64,000 nucleotides of DNA from Myxococcota bacterium (GTDB lineage Bacteria > Myxococcota_A > Polyangia > Nannocystales > Nannocystaceae). Below are positions 51,924 through 61,884 of this stretch, piece after piece. The stretch is taken from assembly GCA_039028615.1 (NCBI GenBank), contig JBCCHT010000009.1:64001-128000 (forward strand), given 5' to 3'. The translations under genes and the position numbers were made by a program. A model generated the notes under the pieces. It ran no database searches. It was not told where the DNA came from and saw only the letters and a list, made by a program, of their open reading frames with translations. Each line of letters begins with the position of its first letter. Within the stretch, counting starts at the first letter, position 1.

Positions 51924-52844
51924 ATGACGCGCGCGCTGGCGACGGCGATTGCAGCGATGCTCGCAATGCCCGGCACCGTGATTGCCGCTCCGGCGAAGGG
52001 CGAAGCCGCGGAAGGCGCAGTCGGGGGGGACACGACGGCGCCGGCTCCCGTCGACATCGGTGAGCTGTGGCAGCAGGCGCAGACCCGGATGGGCACGGCG
52101 GATTACGACGAGGCGATCGTCGCGTTGACCCGCCTCTATGATGCGATCGCGCTCGATCCAGAGGCGTCGGCATTGCGCCTGCGTGTGCAATGGACCCTGC
52201 ACCGAGCGCATGTCGGCGCCCACGGGGTCGATGGCGATCTCACGCATCTGTACTTCGCCCGGGATCTACTGGCGACGTACCTCGAGACCTTGCCCGAGGC
52301 CGAGGTCGAGCGACGCCAGGAGGCCACCGCGGCGCAGAAGGAAGTGCTCGCTCGCATCGAGGAGCAGGAGGCCGCCGAGGCAGCCGAGGCCGAAGCGCAG
52401 GCCGAGGCCGCGAGGTTGGCCGCCGAGCGCGAGGCCGAAGCCGCCCGACAGCGAGCCGCCGCGGCCGAGGCCGAGCGCGCCGCTCGAGAGGCGGAAGCCA
52501 AGGCCAAGGCGCCGCCCCCCGAGTCGAACCACCGCACCTTCATCATCATCGGCTCGGTGGGCGTCGGCTTGGGCGTGGCCGGCTTGGCCACCATGGGCGG
52601 AGGCCTCGGGCTCTCCGGCAACGCCATCCAGACCTTCGAGACCGAGCCCGATATGCGAGCCCAGGCGCGCGACGACGTGCAGCGCGGTAACACCATCGCG
52701 CTCGCCGGCGGTATCGCGGGTGGATTGTTGCTGGCCGGCGGTGCCGCGGTCCTGGCCTTGGGCCTCAAGCGCCGGGCCGAGTTCAAGGGCTCGCTGGCGG
52801 CCGGTCCGAGCCCGCTGGGCATCGGTTGGCGCTGGCGTTTTTAG
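51924..52844 (+). CDS. Secreted TPR-like protein with C-terminal membrane hairpins
   Basis: Signal peptide; helical region; Ala/Glu linker; Gly-rich hydrophobic C-terminus ending GWRWRF. Confidence 0.75.
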   Translation: MTRALATAIAAMLAMPGTVIAAPAKGEAAEGAVGGDTTAPAPVDIGELWQQAQTRMGTADYDEAIVALTRLYDAIALDPEASALRLRVQWTLHRAHVGAHGVDGDLTHLYFARDLLATYLETLPEAEVERRQEATAAQKEVLARIEEQEAAEAAEAEAQAEAARLAAEREAEAARQRAAAAEAERAAREAEAKAKAPPPESNHRTFIIIGSVGVGLGVAGLATMGGGLGLSGNAIQTFETEPDMRAQARDDVQRGNTIALAGGIAGGLLLAGGAAVLALGLKRRAEFKGSLAAGPSPLGIGWRWRF

Positions 52845-52857
52845 AGGACCACCCGAC

Positions 52858-54048
52858 ATGAGCAGACCGTCCTTCGTTCGCCGTTGGTTTCGCCGCTCGT
52901 TGCGGATCGCGGGGGCCTTGTTCGGCCTGTTCCTCGTCGTGGCGCTCGTCGCCCTCGTGCAGGCCTGGGAGGCGCTCGGCAAGGCGCCCGAGGGCGAACG
53001 CCTCGACCGCATGAAGCAGTCGGCGCAGTGGAAGGACGACATCTTTCACAACCCGCAGCCGCTGTGGAACGACGCGGTCGGCTCGGTCACGGGGATGTTC
53101 AGCGCCAGCGAGTACGGCAGCCCGTCGGATCCGCTGCCGGTCGTGAAGGTCGACCCACAGGTGTTGAAGACGGCACCCGAGTCGGGCCTGCGGGTGACGT
53201 GGCTGGGGCACTCCACCTTGCTCATCGAGGTCGATGGCGTTCGGCTGCTCACCGATCCGGTCTGGGGCGAGCGGACCTCGCCGCTGTCCTGGGTCGGGCC
53301 CGAGCGCTGGTACGAGCCATTGATCGCGCTCGACGAGCTGCCGCCGATCGACGCGGTGGTGCTCTCCCACGATCACTACGACCACCTCGACTTCCCCACC
53401 ATCGTGGCGATGAAGGACTGGGACACCCGCTTCGTCGCGCCGCTGGGGGTGGGGGCGCACCTGGCCTACTGGGGCGTGCCCGAGGATCGGATCGTCGAGG
53501 TCGACTGGTGGGACACGGTGAAGCTGGGCGAGGACGAAGCGTTCGAGCTGCACTGCGTGCCCGCCCGTCATGCCTCCGGGCGGCAGGTCTTCGACCAAAA
53601 CCGCACCCTGTGGTCGGGCTACGCGATGATCGGTGCGGAGCATCGGGTCTACTTCTCCGGCGACACGGGGTTGTTCCCCGGCATGACCGAGATCGGCGAA
53701 CGCTTCGGGCCCTTCGATCTCACGATGATCGAGGCGGGGGCATACGGCCAGGAGTGGCCGGATTGGCACATCGGCCCCGAGCAGGCGGTGCGCGCCCACG
53801 GCATGGTGAAGGGCAAGGTCTACCTGCCGATCCACTGGGGGTTGTTCAACCTCGCGTTCCATGGCTGGACCGAACCCATCGAGCGCTCGGTGGTGGCGGC
53901 GAAGGAAGCGGGGATCGCCATGGTGGTGCCCAAGCCGGGGCAGAGCATCGAGCCCACGGTCGAGGTCGAGGCCATCGAGCCCTGGTGGCCGCAGGTCCCG
54001 TGGCGTACGGCGGCCGAGTACCCCATCGTCTCGACGAAGGTCGACTAG
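52858..54048 (+). CDS. MBL-fold metallohydrolase (NAPE-PLD/RomA-like)
   Basis: WLGHST, TDPVW, SHDHYDHLD, PARHASGR, FSGDTG, PIHWG. Confidence 0.92.
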   Translation: MSRPSFVRRWFRRSLRIAGALFGLFLVVALVALVQAWEALGKAPEGERLDRMKQSAQWKDDIFHNPQPLWNDAVGSVTGMFSASEYGSPSDPLPVVKVDPQVLKTAPESGLRVTWLGHSTLLIEVDGVRLLTDPVWGERTSPLSWVGPERWYEPLIALDELPPIDAVVLSHDHYDHLDFPTIVAMKDWDTRFVAPLGVGAHLAYWGVPEDRIVEVDWWDTVKLGEDEAFELHCVPARHASGRQVFDQNRTLWSGYAMIGAEHRVYFSGDTGLFPGMTEIGERFGPFDLTMIEAGAYGQEWPDWHIGPEQAVRAHGMVKGKVYLPIHWGLFNLAFHGWTEPIERSVVAAKEAGIAMVVPKPGQSIEPTVEVEAIEPWWPQVPWRTAAEYPIVSTKVD

Positions 54049-54060
54049 AACTGGTTTGTC

Positions 54061-54324
54061 TCAGTCCTCGGCGGGGAGGGGGCGCAGGCGAGCCCGACCC
54101 GCGCGTCGCTTGAGGCGGTACTCGAGCGACTGCGCTTCGCCGCGGGTCTCGAAGGGGCCGTGGGTGATGCCGACCGTCCAGGGGCGCCCGGCTCGGGTCG
54201 ACTTGGCGCCGCCCGGTTGCTCCCCGTTGTGCTGCTCGAGCCGGCGATCGAGGTCGTTGGTGATGCCTACGTAGGTCCGCCGACCATTGCTGGATACCAG
54301 CACGTACACCGTCCACTCGGACAC
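54061..54324 (-). CDS. GIY-YIG nuclease family protein (stand-alone, YhbQ-like)
   Basis: VYVL..TYVGITNDLDRRLEQHNG..GAKSTR..RPW..E..LK; GTG start estimated. Confidence 0.88.
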   Translation of the reverse strand: MSEWTVYVLVSSNGRRTYVGITNDLDRRLEQHNGEQPGGAKSTRAGRPWTVGITHGPFETRGEAQSLEYRLKRRAGRARLRPLPAED

Positions 54325-54491
54325 CCCCGCAGCGTCGCCGATGGGTCGCGCCGTGTCCAGGGCGCTGCGGTCCACGCCGACGCCCGAGCGGGGAAACCAT
54401 GAACGTCGCGCGGAACGAAGGTCCGCGCGAGCCCAACGGGCATCCATCTCCCGTGTTGACCCCGCCCGAATCCGCGTGCGATCGATGATGG

Positions 54492-55220
54492 GTGACCGTG
54501 AAATCCCGCCCCGATCGTAGCCCCCTCGTCGTCCCTCGCCGCGGCTTCCTGGTCGCCGCGGGTGCGCTCGCAGGGGTCACCGTGCTCCCGCGCTGGGCGG
54601 TGGCCGGGACCCACTACGCGTTCGTGAAGATCGAGGCCAACGGCACCGTCGTCACGGGGAACACGGACATCACCAACATCGGCGGCGAGGAACTGCCCCG
54701 CGCGGAGTGGATTCAGTGCAAGCGGGTCAGCTACGGGCTCAAGCGCGACATCGGCACGGGCGCTCGCGTCAGCGGTCACACGCACTACGACCGCATCGAG
54801 TTCGATGCCAAGGGCGGCCCCGGCTACAAGGGGCTCACTTCGGCGCTGAAGCGCGATCCCAAGCACAAGTCCTATACCCACATCGGCTTGTATTGCCCCC
54901 GGAGCACGTCGGCCCCCTTGCTCGCCCAGGCCCTCGAGCGCGGCCACACCGTCAACCTGGAGATGCGGTTCTTCCACTCGGGCAGTGCCAAGGGCGACGA
55001 GGCCACCAAGTACATGGAGATCGTGTGCACCGATGGCCGTCTCGCCGGCGTCAAGGTCATCAACCAGACCCGGCCCGAGGCCAAAGGGACGACGGACGTG
55101 GAGGGGGAGGCCAACATGATGATCCACTACGCCTTCCATCAGATGCAGATCGACCACGTGGGCGATGACGGTGCGACCTCGGCCCACTTCGAGTGGACGG
55201 GCATGAGCAAGGCCGACTAG
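54492..55220 (+). CDS. Hcp/TssD-like tube-fold protein with twin-arginine signal peptide
   Basis: PRRGFL+hydrophobic+AVA; mature part AFVKIE..VTG..WIQC..VSYG; SAPLLAQALERG; EMRFF..G..KYMEIVCTDG; YAFHQMQI..FEW follows the Hcp pattern. Confidence 0.65.
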   Translation: MTVKSRPDRSPLVVPRRGFLVAAGALAGVTVLPRWAVAGTHYAFVKIEANGTVVTGNTDITNIGGEELPRAEWIQCKRVSYGLKRDIGTGARVSGHTHYDRIEFDAKGGPGYKGLTSALKRDPKHKSYTHIGLYCPRSTSAPLLAQALERGHTVNLEMRFFHSGSAKGDEATKYMEIVCTDGRLAGVKVINQTRPEAKGTTDVEGEANMMIHYAFHQMQIDHVGDDGATSAHFEWTGMSKAD

Positions 55221-55247
55221 CCATCGCGCACCGGGAGGTCTCGCGAC

Positions 55248-56747
55248 TCATCGAGGCAGCGTCACTCGGATGGTGTCGGTGCGGATCGTCCCGCCCCAAT
55301 CATCCTTCGTCAGCCTCCAGCGGTCGCGTTTCCGTTGCGTGTCGTTGTGACGATCCTGCACCGCCGGGTCCTGAGATAGCTCGAAGCCGAGAGTGACGAC
55401 CTCCCCGGGGCTGGCGGGCACGCCGTACTCGGTGTGCTGTGCGGCTTCACCCGTCTCGGGATCGACGCCGACGTTCTCGGCGGGGTTGCGGACGAGCAAG
55501 GCCTTGCGCCCCTCGTCGTAGGCGAGGCGGAGCTCGAACCTCAACGTGTCACCCGCGTGCATGCGCAGGAGCTTCCCTTGCGTCGCCGCTCTGATGTTGC
55601 CGGCCCCCGGGAAATCGTAGTGCTGCAGCGGGGCCCAGGTGCCATCGGGCCTCGCGAAGTGAAGCGTGCTGCCATCGACGAAGCGGGTGCTGTGTGTGTT
55701 CGTGACGGGGGCTCGATAGCGGCCTGGCAGTGATTCCTGGATGGACGACAGCCGGACCATCCGAAGGCTCTCGTTGCGGATGGTCACGATGGCCGTGAAC
55801 TCTTTGCCATCGCTACCGGCCTGCGGCCCATCCTCGATGGACAACGAGACCGCCAGCGTCTCCGTTGGCGCTTCGGCGACGCCATCGAGGACGCCGGGAT
55901 GAAATCCCTCGATCTCGAGGCCCGGGCGAGCCGCCAGGAGGTCGCGAAGAGCCTTTTGTTGTTCGCGGTCGATCCGTGTGGAGTCGATGCCGAACGAACC
56001 GAGCACGCTCAACCGCTCGAGGTTGGGCAGCTCCGCGAGGCGGGACAGCGCGCCGAGGGGGAGCTGGTCGTTGTCGCGAAGGTCGAGCGTTCGCAGCCGT
56101 TTCATCGCGAGGACGTGGTCGAAGCCGGCCTCGTCGAGCCCGTAGTTCGCGAGGTGGAGGTGTTCCAGGTGCTCGAGCTTCGCGACGGTGCTCAGCTCGG
56201 TACCCCCGGTGACCTCGGCGTGGGTGAAGCGATGGTCTGCGAGGTTGAGGGCTCGCAGACTGGACAGCGCCGCCAAGTTGGAGAGCGCCGCGTCTTCGTA
56301 GGGCAAGCCCGCGAGGTCCAGTGCCGCGAGGCGATTGAGTTCGGTCGGGCCCCAGTGGCAGTGGTCTTGGCTGGACTGGTGATCGGAGGCGATATAGCCG
56401 TCGAAGTAGGGGAGGAACCCGCCCCGTGGTGAGTCGGGCTGGCACAGGGTCGACAACCAGCGCGCCGTGGGCTCGAGGGATGCGGGGTTGTTCGTGTGCG
56501 GCGTAAAGCCTGGCGGGGTCGACAGCAGGTCGAGGCGAAACCAGTCGATCGGCTCATCCCATGCGGCAACGCTCTGCCCGTCGTCAGTCTTCGCGGCCCC
56601 GGCGGAGCTTTGGCCCTCGGCCTGCGGTGCCGTCGACGGCGGAGCGCTCGTCTCGGGCGGTGGCGAGGGACGGTGCGCGCAGCCACTCGCAAAGAGCACT
56701 GCGATCGACATGAGTTGGGTCAGAGGCTTCACGATGTTGATCGCCAT
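55248..56747 (-). CDS. Leucine-rich-repeat lipoprotein
   Basis: Lipobox FASGC; LxxLxxLxL repeats (LRALNL, LEHLHL, LRTLDLRDN, LERLSV). Confidence 0.78.
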   Translation of the reverse strand: MAINIVKPLTQLMSIAVLFASGCAHRPSPPPETSAPPSTAPQAEGQSSAGAAKTDDGQSVAAWDEPIDWFRLDLLSTPPGFTPHTNNPASLEPTARWLSTLCQPDSPRGGFLPYFDGYIASDHQSSQDHCHWGPTELNRLAALDLAGLPYEDAALSNLAALSSLRALNLADHRFTHAEVTGGTELSTVAKLEHLEHLHLANYGLDEAGFDHVLAMKRLRTLDLRDNDQLPLGALSRLAELPNLERLSVLGSFGIDSTRIDREQQKALRDLLAARPGLEIEGFHPGVLDGVAEAPTETLAVSLSIEDGPQAGSDGKEFTAIVTIRNESLRMVRLSSIQESLPGRYRAPVTNTHSTRFVDGSTLHFARPDGTWAPLQHYDFPGAGNIRAATQGKLLRMHAGDTLRFELRLAYDEGRKALLVRNPAENVGVDPETGEAAQHTEYGVPASPGEVVTLGFELSQDPAVQDRHNDTQRKRDRWRLTKDDWGGTIRTDTIRVTLPR

Positions 56748-56825
56748 TGTAGTGCACCGCATTGGAACTCTGACAGACGAGCATGGCGACCGAGTCGTAT
56801 TGCGCTAGCCTCGACGCGAGGCACG

Positions 56826-57635
56826 ATGAGAATCCTGGTCACGGGCGCAACCTCGGGCATCGGCAAGGAGACGGCGAGGGCTCTCGCGGCTCAGGGCCAT
56901 ACGGTGCTCGTGCATGGTCGCAGCGAGGACAAGAGCCATCGAGCGGTCGCGGACATCGTGGCTGGGCAGTCGGAGGCCCGCTGTATTCCCGAGGTTTGTG
57001 ACTTGTCGTCCCAGGCCGCAATTCGGTCGTGGGCGAAACAGCTCTGTGCGGCCCAGCCGATCGATGTGATCGTGCACAACGCAGGCGTCTGGTTGAATGA
57101 GCCGACGCGGACCGTCGACGGGCGAGAGACCACGTGGGCCGTCAACCACCTCGCCCCGTTCCTGCTGACGACGCTGCTGCTCGACCGCCTCTTGGCCCGC
57201 CCGGCGAGCCGAGTCATCAACGTCTCTTCCATCGGTCACACAGCGGGCACGATCCGTTTCGACGATCCCGATCTCACCGGTCGCTTCGATGGCCTCTCGG
57301 CCTATTGTCAGTCCAAGCTGGCCAATGTGCTGTTCACGCAGGAACTCGCTCGCCGCACGAAGGGGACGGGGTTGGTGACCCACGCCCTACATCCCGGGGT
57401 GGTCGATACCAAGATGCTGCAGGTCACCGGGTTCGGGGCGCAGCCCTCGATCTCGCCCGAGCGTGGGGCGCAGACCAGCATCTTTCTCGCCACGGACCCC
57501 GCCGTGGCTCGGACGAGCGGACGATACTTCGTGGACTGCGAAGAGCAGCGCCCGGCGACCACGAACGCCGCGCTCGCGGAGCGACTATGGACGTTGTCCG
57601 AGCAGCAGACCCAGCCTCGGGCCCACGAGGACTAG
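56826..57635 (+). CDS. SDR oxidoreductase (retinol dehydrogenase/WWOX-like)
   Basis: TGATSGIG, HNAG, VNHLAPFLLT, YCQSKLAN, LHPGVVDT. Confidence 0.93.
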   Translation: MRILVTGATSGIGKETARALAAQGHTVLVHGRSEDKSHRAVADIVAGQSEARCIPEVCDLSSQAAIRSWAKQLCAAQPIDVIVHNAGVWLNEPTRTVDGRETTWAVNHLAPFLLTTLLLDRLLARPASRVINVSSIGHTAGTIRFDDPDLTGRFDGLSAYCQSKLANVLFTQELARRTKGTGLVTHALHPGVVDTKMLQVTGFGAQPSISPERGAQTSIFLATDPAVARTSGRYFVDCEEQRPATTNAALAERLWTLSEQQTQPRAHED

Positions 57636-58213
57636 CGCCCCAAAATCAGGTCGAGGGAGCTCCCCGCGGCACGGCGCAGACGGCCGGGCTCCGTGTTCGT
57701 GCGAAGGGCCCGCAGCGGCTCGATGAAATCGGCCCAGCCGATGATCCCCGCGACCTCGGCCGCCGCGACCGCGACCTCGAGCGAATCCGACTCGAGGCCT
57801 CGTAGCACCCCACGTACCGTATTCTTCGCCGGCTCGTTGGGGGCCGAGTAGCCGAGCCGATACAGTATCGACGGGTCGCTCGAGTCCGCGGCCGAGGCAC
57901 ACAGCGCCTCGTGGGACTCGGCTGGAATCAGGCGCTCGAAGACCTCGACCAACCGTCCCAGCTCGGCGGCATCGGACGACTCCAGGCGGAGGTAGCGAAC
58001 TCGCCCGAGGTAGTCCTCCCACAGCTCGATATGACTGGTCTCGGGCTCATCGGAGAAACGGGTGCGCCGCGTGGTATCGGACTCGTCGTGCGCCGACTCC
58101 ACGAACTCGAACCCCAGCTCGTCCAGCGCGTCGATGCACTCGAACAGGAGCTTGCGCAGCGCTTCACGCTCTGCAAACGGCAGGCGTGGGACCAGGTACT
58201 GTTCGGCGCTCAT
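57632..58213 (-). CDS. Hypothetical protein with HEAT-like C-terminus
   Basis: Start re-chosen at MSAEQYL; helical C-term AVAAAEVAGIIGW...LRRAA. Confidence 0.6.
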   Translation of the reverse strand: MSAEQYLVPRLPFAEREALRKLLFECIDALDELGFEFVESAHDESDTTRRTRFSDEPETSHIELWEDYLGRVRYLRLESSDAAELGRLVEVFERLIPAESHEALCASAADSSDPSILYRLGYSAPNEPAKNTVRGVLRGLESDSLEVAVAAAEVAGIIGWADFIEPLRALRTNTEPGRLRRAAGSSLDLILGR

Positions 58214-58284
58214 CAGTCGAAGGGGTCTGCCCTTCCGACCCTCGACGGTCATGCGGGCTCTGCAATCGTACAATGCCGTCGACC

Positions 58285-59277
58285 ATGCGGATCGGGCTGA
58301 CATCCTTCCTTTTGTTTGCGGCCGGGTGCGCTGCGTCTCCCACCGTGCCCACCTCTGCGCCGGGACCCGGGGCGGTCGAGCCCGTGGCGATCTCGGAGTC
58401 CGCCTCCGAAGGGGCAGAGCCCGCGGCGAGTTCGGGGCCCGCGTTCGAGACGAGCGACCCCGGGGCGAGCGAGTTCGCCCCGAACGTTGCTCCCGGTTCA
58501 CTCACGTGGAAGGAGGCGGTCGAAGTCGAAGCGGCCACGCTCGAGGCGGCGTACCCAGAGGCCGACATTCGCATCATGGTGCTGGATTCATCGGGGTCCG
58601 ACATGCTGGCCGATCATGGCGATGTGGACCGGAGGTCACCGATCGGAGACACCACGAAGCCGGTGGCCATCTATGCTGCGCTCGGCGAAGGCCTCGACCC
58701 CGCGATGACCTTCGATACGTCGAAGCCGGTCGTGCTGGACGGACTGGAGGTCCGCGACGAGAGATCCAGTGGCGTGCTCACCCTGTCGCAGGCGATCGCC
58801 GGGTCCTCGAACGTCGCCGTGGCTCAGGTGCTGGAGATGGTGCCGTGGAAGGCGGTCTACGCTCGTGTCGCTTACTTTCTGCCGATTCCCGAGTCGGGCC
58901 GCGAGACCCTGCAGGAGGTGGCGGGGCAGCTCATTGGGTTCACCTGCGAGGTTCCGCTGCGCGACCTCGGGCGGGCCTACGCGAGGATGGTGGCAGAGCC
59001 CGACAGCGCGGCCATCGTCGACGTGCTGCGCCTGGCGGTGGGGCCCGACGCGACCGGAGCGCGGGCCGCCGTACCCGGCCTGGATGTCCTGGGCAAGACG
59101 GGGACGGCCGGAGATCCAGGCAATCGCATCGCGGTGTTCATCGGGCGTGTCAGCGATGGTGAGACGACAGCCTGGATCGGAGTCTCGGTCGGCGGGGCGG
59201 GCAAAGGCGAGGACGGAGGTTCGGTGGCGGCTCCGGCCTTCGCCCGGATTGCTCGCGCGGTGCTCGGAGGATCCTGA
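58285..59277 (+). CDS. Penicillin-binding transpeptidase-domain lipoprotein lacking the catalytic Ser
   Basis: Lipobox AAGC; GDTTKP (SxxK site), SSN, GKTGTA, GGSVAAPAF. Confidence 0.82.
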   Translation: MRIGLTSFLLFAAGCAASPTVPTSAPGPGAVEPVAISESASEGAEPAASSGPAFETSDPGASEFAPNVAPGSLTWKEAVEVEAATLEAAYPEADIRIMVLDSSGSDMLADHGDVDRRSPIGDTTKPVAIYAALGEGLDPAMTFDTSKPVVLDGLEVRDERSSGVLTLSQAIAGSSNVAVAQVLEMVPWKAVYARVAYFLPIPESGRETLQEVAGQLIGFTCEVPLRDLGRAYARMVAEPDSAAIVDVLRLAVGPDATGARAAVPGLDVLGKTGTAGDPGNRIAVFIGRVSDGETTAWIGVSVGGAGKGEDGGSVAAPAFARIARAVLGGS

Positions 59278-59481
59278 CCTTCGTTTCCGTCCGAAGACCG
59301 ACGCGCCTCGAGCCGCTCGCGAGCGGTGACGAGGTGTCAGCCCGATTCCATCGCGGTGTGTCGTCGTGACGGCGTGCTTCTGCGCTTGGCGCCGCAAAGC
59401 CCCGTGAACTCGACGAATGGGGCTCGGTACCATTGTTGCTACAGCTCTGAGCCCGCCCCTTGCCCGGGAGTCTCAGTCCAA

Positions 59482-60993
59482 ATGCCTCGCCCCCGAAATC
59501 TTCGCCGCCTGTTTTTCATCGCCGTCACCTGCGGAGCGTGCGGCCCCGATGACCTCGGCGACGAGCCGGCCATGCTCGGCGAGCGGTGTGGGAGTACCGA
59601 GCCGACGCAGTTGCTGCCGCTCCTGCCCGAGGAGATTGTCTCCTTTGGCGCGAACTCTACCGCCCCCTACGAGGATGGATGGTTGGTCGCGGTCACGACC
59701 CTCGATGCTCCGTTCGACGGGACCTTGGCGGGTCAGGCCGTCGCCCACCGCGTGGTGTCGGTGGATGCGTGCGGACAACGGGAGCCGGAGCTGGTCCTCG
59801 AGGGGGTCGATCGCATCTTCCCTCCTCCCGCGTCGGGCGATCTGCCGTGGCTGGCGTGCTCGAGCGCGACCGATGAGATGTTCACGTTCGACCCCGAAGG
59901 CGAGGGGCAGGCGAGCTCGCAGGGAGTCGTCGAGCACTGTTTGTTCCGCGTATCCGGTGACCGGATCTGGATGTCGACCACCCGAAACGGCGGCCAGCAC
60001 GAGCTCATCAGTCTGTCCCCGAGCCCCGGCGGCATTGCAGGGACCACGTCTTGGACCGTGACCGATGAGCTCGCCCCAGGTCTCGGAAGTTTCGCGGTCG
60101 ATGCCGCCGGAGACTACGCGTGGATGGTCAACGACGCAGGTGAGCTCATCGAGATCGAACTCGAGCCCCGCGGATTCACCCTCTTGGCCGAAGGTGTCGG
60201 GACCGTCTTCACCGCGCTCGATGGGCGTTTCGTGGTCTGGGGATCCGAGGCCGACACGTTCACCCCCGGGGAGTGGACGATCCTCGATCGTGAGTCCGGC
60301 GAGCACATCGACGTCGACGTCGACGGGGAGCGCGAGCTGTTGGTCAGGGGCTCGCCATTTTCTCTGGTGTTCGAGGCCGGGCGCGACGAGCAGACCAGCG
60401 ACTACGCGATCGTGCGACTACCGACCCTCGAGGTCTCGGCGCTGACCGGCGGCCGCTGGGGGCGTTTCGTCGACAACGGCCCGGGTGACATGGTCTTGCT
60501 CGAGCTGGGACCCGAGCCCGATCTCCACGTACTTCGGTCGGGATCCAGCACGCCCGAGCTGCTCTACGAAGGCAACGTGGTCGACTTTCGTGTCGACGAC
60601 GGCGTCGTCTGGGCGTGGGACTACTACGACTACCAACCGTCGCCCGCGCTCCGCGACAACCAGACGCGCTTGGTTCGAATCCCGCTCGACGGGAGCGCGC
60701 CGGAGGTCGTGGTGGACGGGGTCTGGCAGCCTCGGGGGCTGGACGACGGGCGCTGGCTGGCGGTGCAGGACCACGGTGGCGATGGCCTGGGGGAGCTGCG
60801 AGTCCTCGATCCAGTCGAAGGGACCTCGCAGTGGATCGACGACGACGTCTCCCTCTGGTTCACGCGTCTCAGCGGGTTCGCACACTCCTTTTCGGGTGAG
60901 ACCACGCTGTCCTCGGACGACCCGTTCCTGTACAGCGTGCATCACTCGGAGCGCAGCGGGCTGTGGGCGGCGACCCTCGCCGCTCGGGAGTGA
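59482..60993 (+). CDS. Hypothetical lipoprotein, probable beta-propeller
   Basis: Lipobox CGAC; beta-rich repeats. Confidence 0.7.
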   Translation: MPRPRNLRRLFFIAVTCGACGPDDLGDEPAMLGERCGSTEPTQLLPLLPEEIVSFGANSTAPYEDGWLVAVTTLDAPFDGTLAGQAVAHRVVSVDACGQREPELVLEGVDRIFPPPASGDLPWLACSSATDEMFTFDPEGEGQASSQGVVEHCLFRVSGDRIWMSTTRNGGQHELISLSPSPGGIAGTTSWTVTDELAPGLGSFAVDAAGDYAWMVNDAGELIEIELEPRGFTLLAEGVGTVFTALDGRFVVWGSEADTFTPGEWTILDRESGEHIDVDVDGERELLVRGSPFSLVFEAGRDEQTSDYAIVRLPTLEVSALTGGRWGRFVDNGPGDMVLLELGPEPDLHVLRSGSSTPELLYEGNVVDFRVDDGVVWAWDYYDYQPSPALRDNQTRLVRIPLDGSAPEVVVDGVWQPRGLDDGRWLAVQDHGGDGLGELRVLDPVEGTSQWIDDDVSLWFTRLSGFAHSFSGETTLSSDDPFLYSVHHSERSGLWAATLAARE

Positions 60994-61070
60994 GCCCGAC
61001 TCGATATCGCTGAGGACCTTGGGTTGCGCCCACGCTTGCGCGCCGTGAAGATCGCGCCCAGACTGCGACG

Positions 61071-61820
61071 GTGGCCGACCCCGACGAGCACCCCGCGAAA
61101 CCGTCGGGCTCGGCGCAGGTGGCCGAGGACCTCGTCGACGCGGCAACGGGGCTGGACGGAAGGGCCTGGCAGACCTTGCGAGACCTCGTGCTGCGACCGT
61201 GGACGATGATCCAGCGCGCGGCGTTCGACCACGACCCTCGGTACGTCAGCGCCGTCAAGCTCTCGCTGGCAATGTCCACCCTCTCCATCGTGCTGATGAG
61301 CTGGCTGGTGCCCAGCGAGGCCTACTTCGATCGTCTCCGAGTCTCTTCACCGGAGGCGTGGGCGCAGCTCACCGCTCAGCTCGACGCGCACGGGGTTTGT
61401 TTCCCTCACTTCGCGGATCGTTTCTCGAGCCGCCACGAGTTGCTCAACACGATCGCCACGCTGTTCGAGTGCGGGGTCTTTGGCCTGTTCTTGTACGTCC
61501 TCGACCGGGCTCGTCCGTACCTGTCGCACCTGAACTTCGTGCTGTACTGCTACTCGCTGTGGTTGCTGGCCACCGCCCCGCTGCAGTTCGTGGTGGTCGC
61601 AGACCTCGGCGGGTCCGGCTTCCTCGCGGGAGTGGGAATGATCGTGCTGCTCCCCGGGCTGATGCTCATGGGGCTGCGTCGGCTCTATCCGGCGCCGTGG
61701 CTCAGGCAGGTGGTCCGCGGGTCGATGCTCCTGGTCCTGACGGCGGTCCTGCTCGGCGCGACCGTGGTCATGATCTCGTCGGGGGCGATGGCCTGGACGC
61801 GCGCCTCGTTCGGCCTTTGA
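61071..61820 (+). CDS. Membrane protein (DUF3667-like)
   Basis: DGRAWQTLRDLVLRP...RYVSAVKL; HLNFVLY; multiple TM. Confidence 0.7.
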   Translation: MADPDEHPAKPSGSAQVAEDLVDAATGLDGRAWQTLRDLVLRPWTMIQRAAFDHDPRYVSAVKLSLAMSTLSIVLMSWLVPSEAYFDRLRVSSPEAWAQLTAQLDAHGVCFPHFADRFSSRHELLNTIATLFECGVFGLFLYVLDRARPYLSHLNFVLYCYSLWLLATAPLQFVVVADLGGSGFLAGVGMIVLLPGLMLMGLRRLYPAPWLRQVVRGSMLLVLTAVLLGATVVMISSGAMAWTRASFGL

Positions 61821-61884
61821 GCCCCGGATCTCGGGAGGCCTCCAAGCCGCCATCACGGGGCGACTTGGAGGTCCCGACAGTCGT

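Noticed and set aside
54061..54324. GIY-YIG as a homing endonuclease or Hcp-associated toxin
   Set aside because: Short stand-alone YhbQ-like protein, divergently transcribed, with no intron or immunity context.
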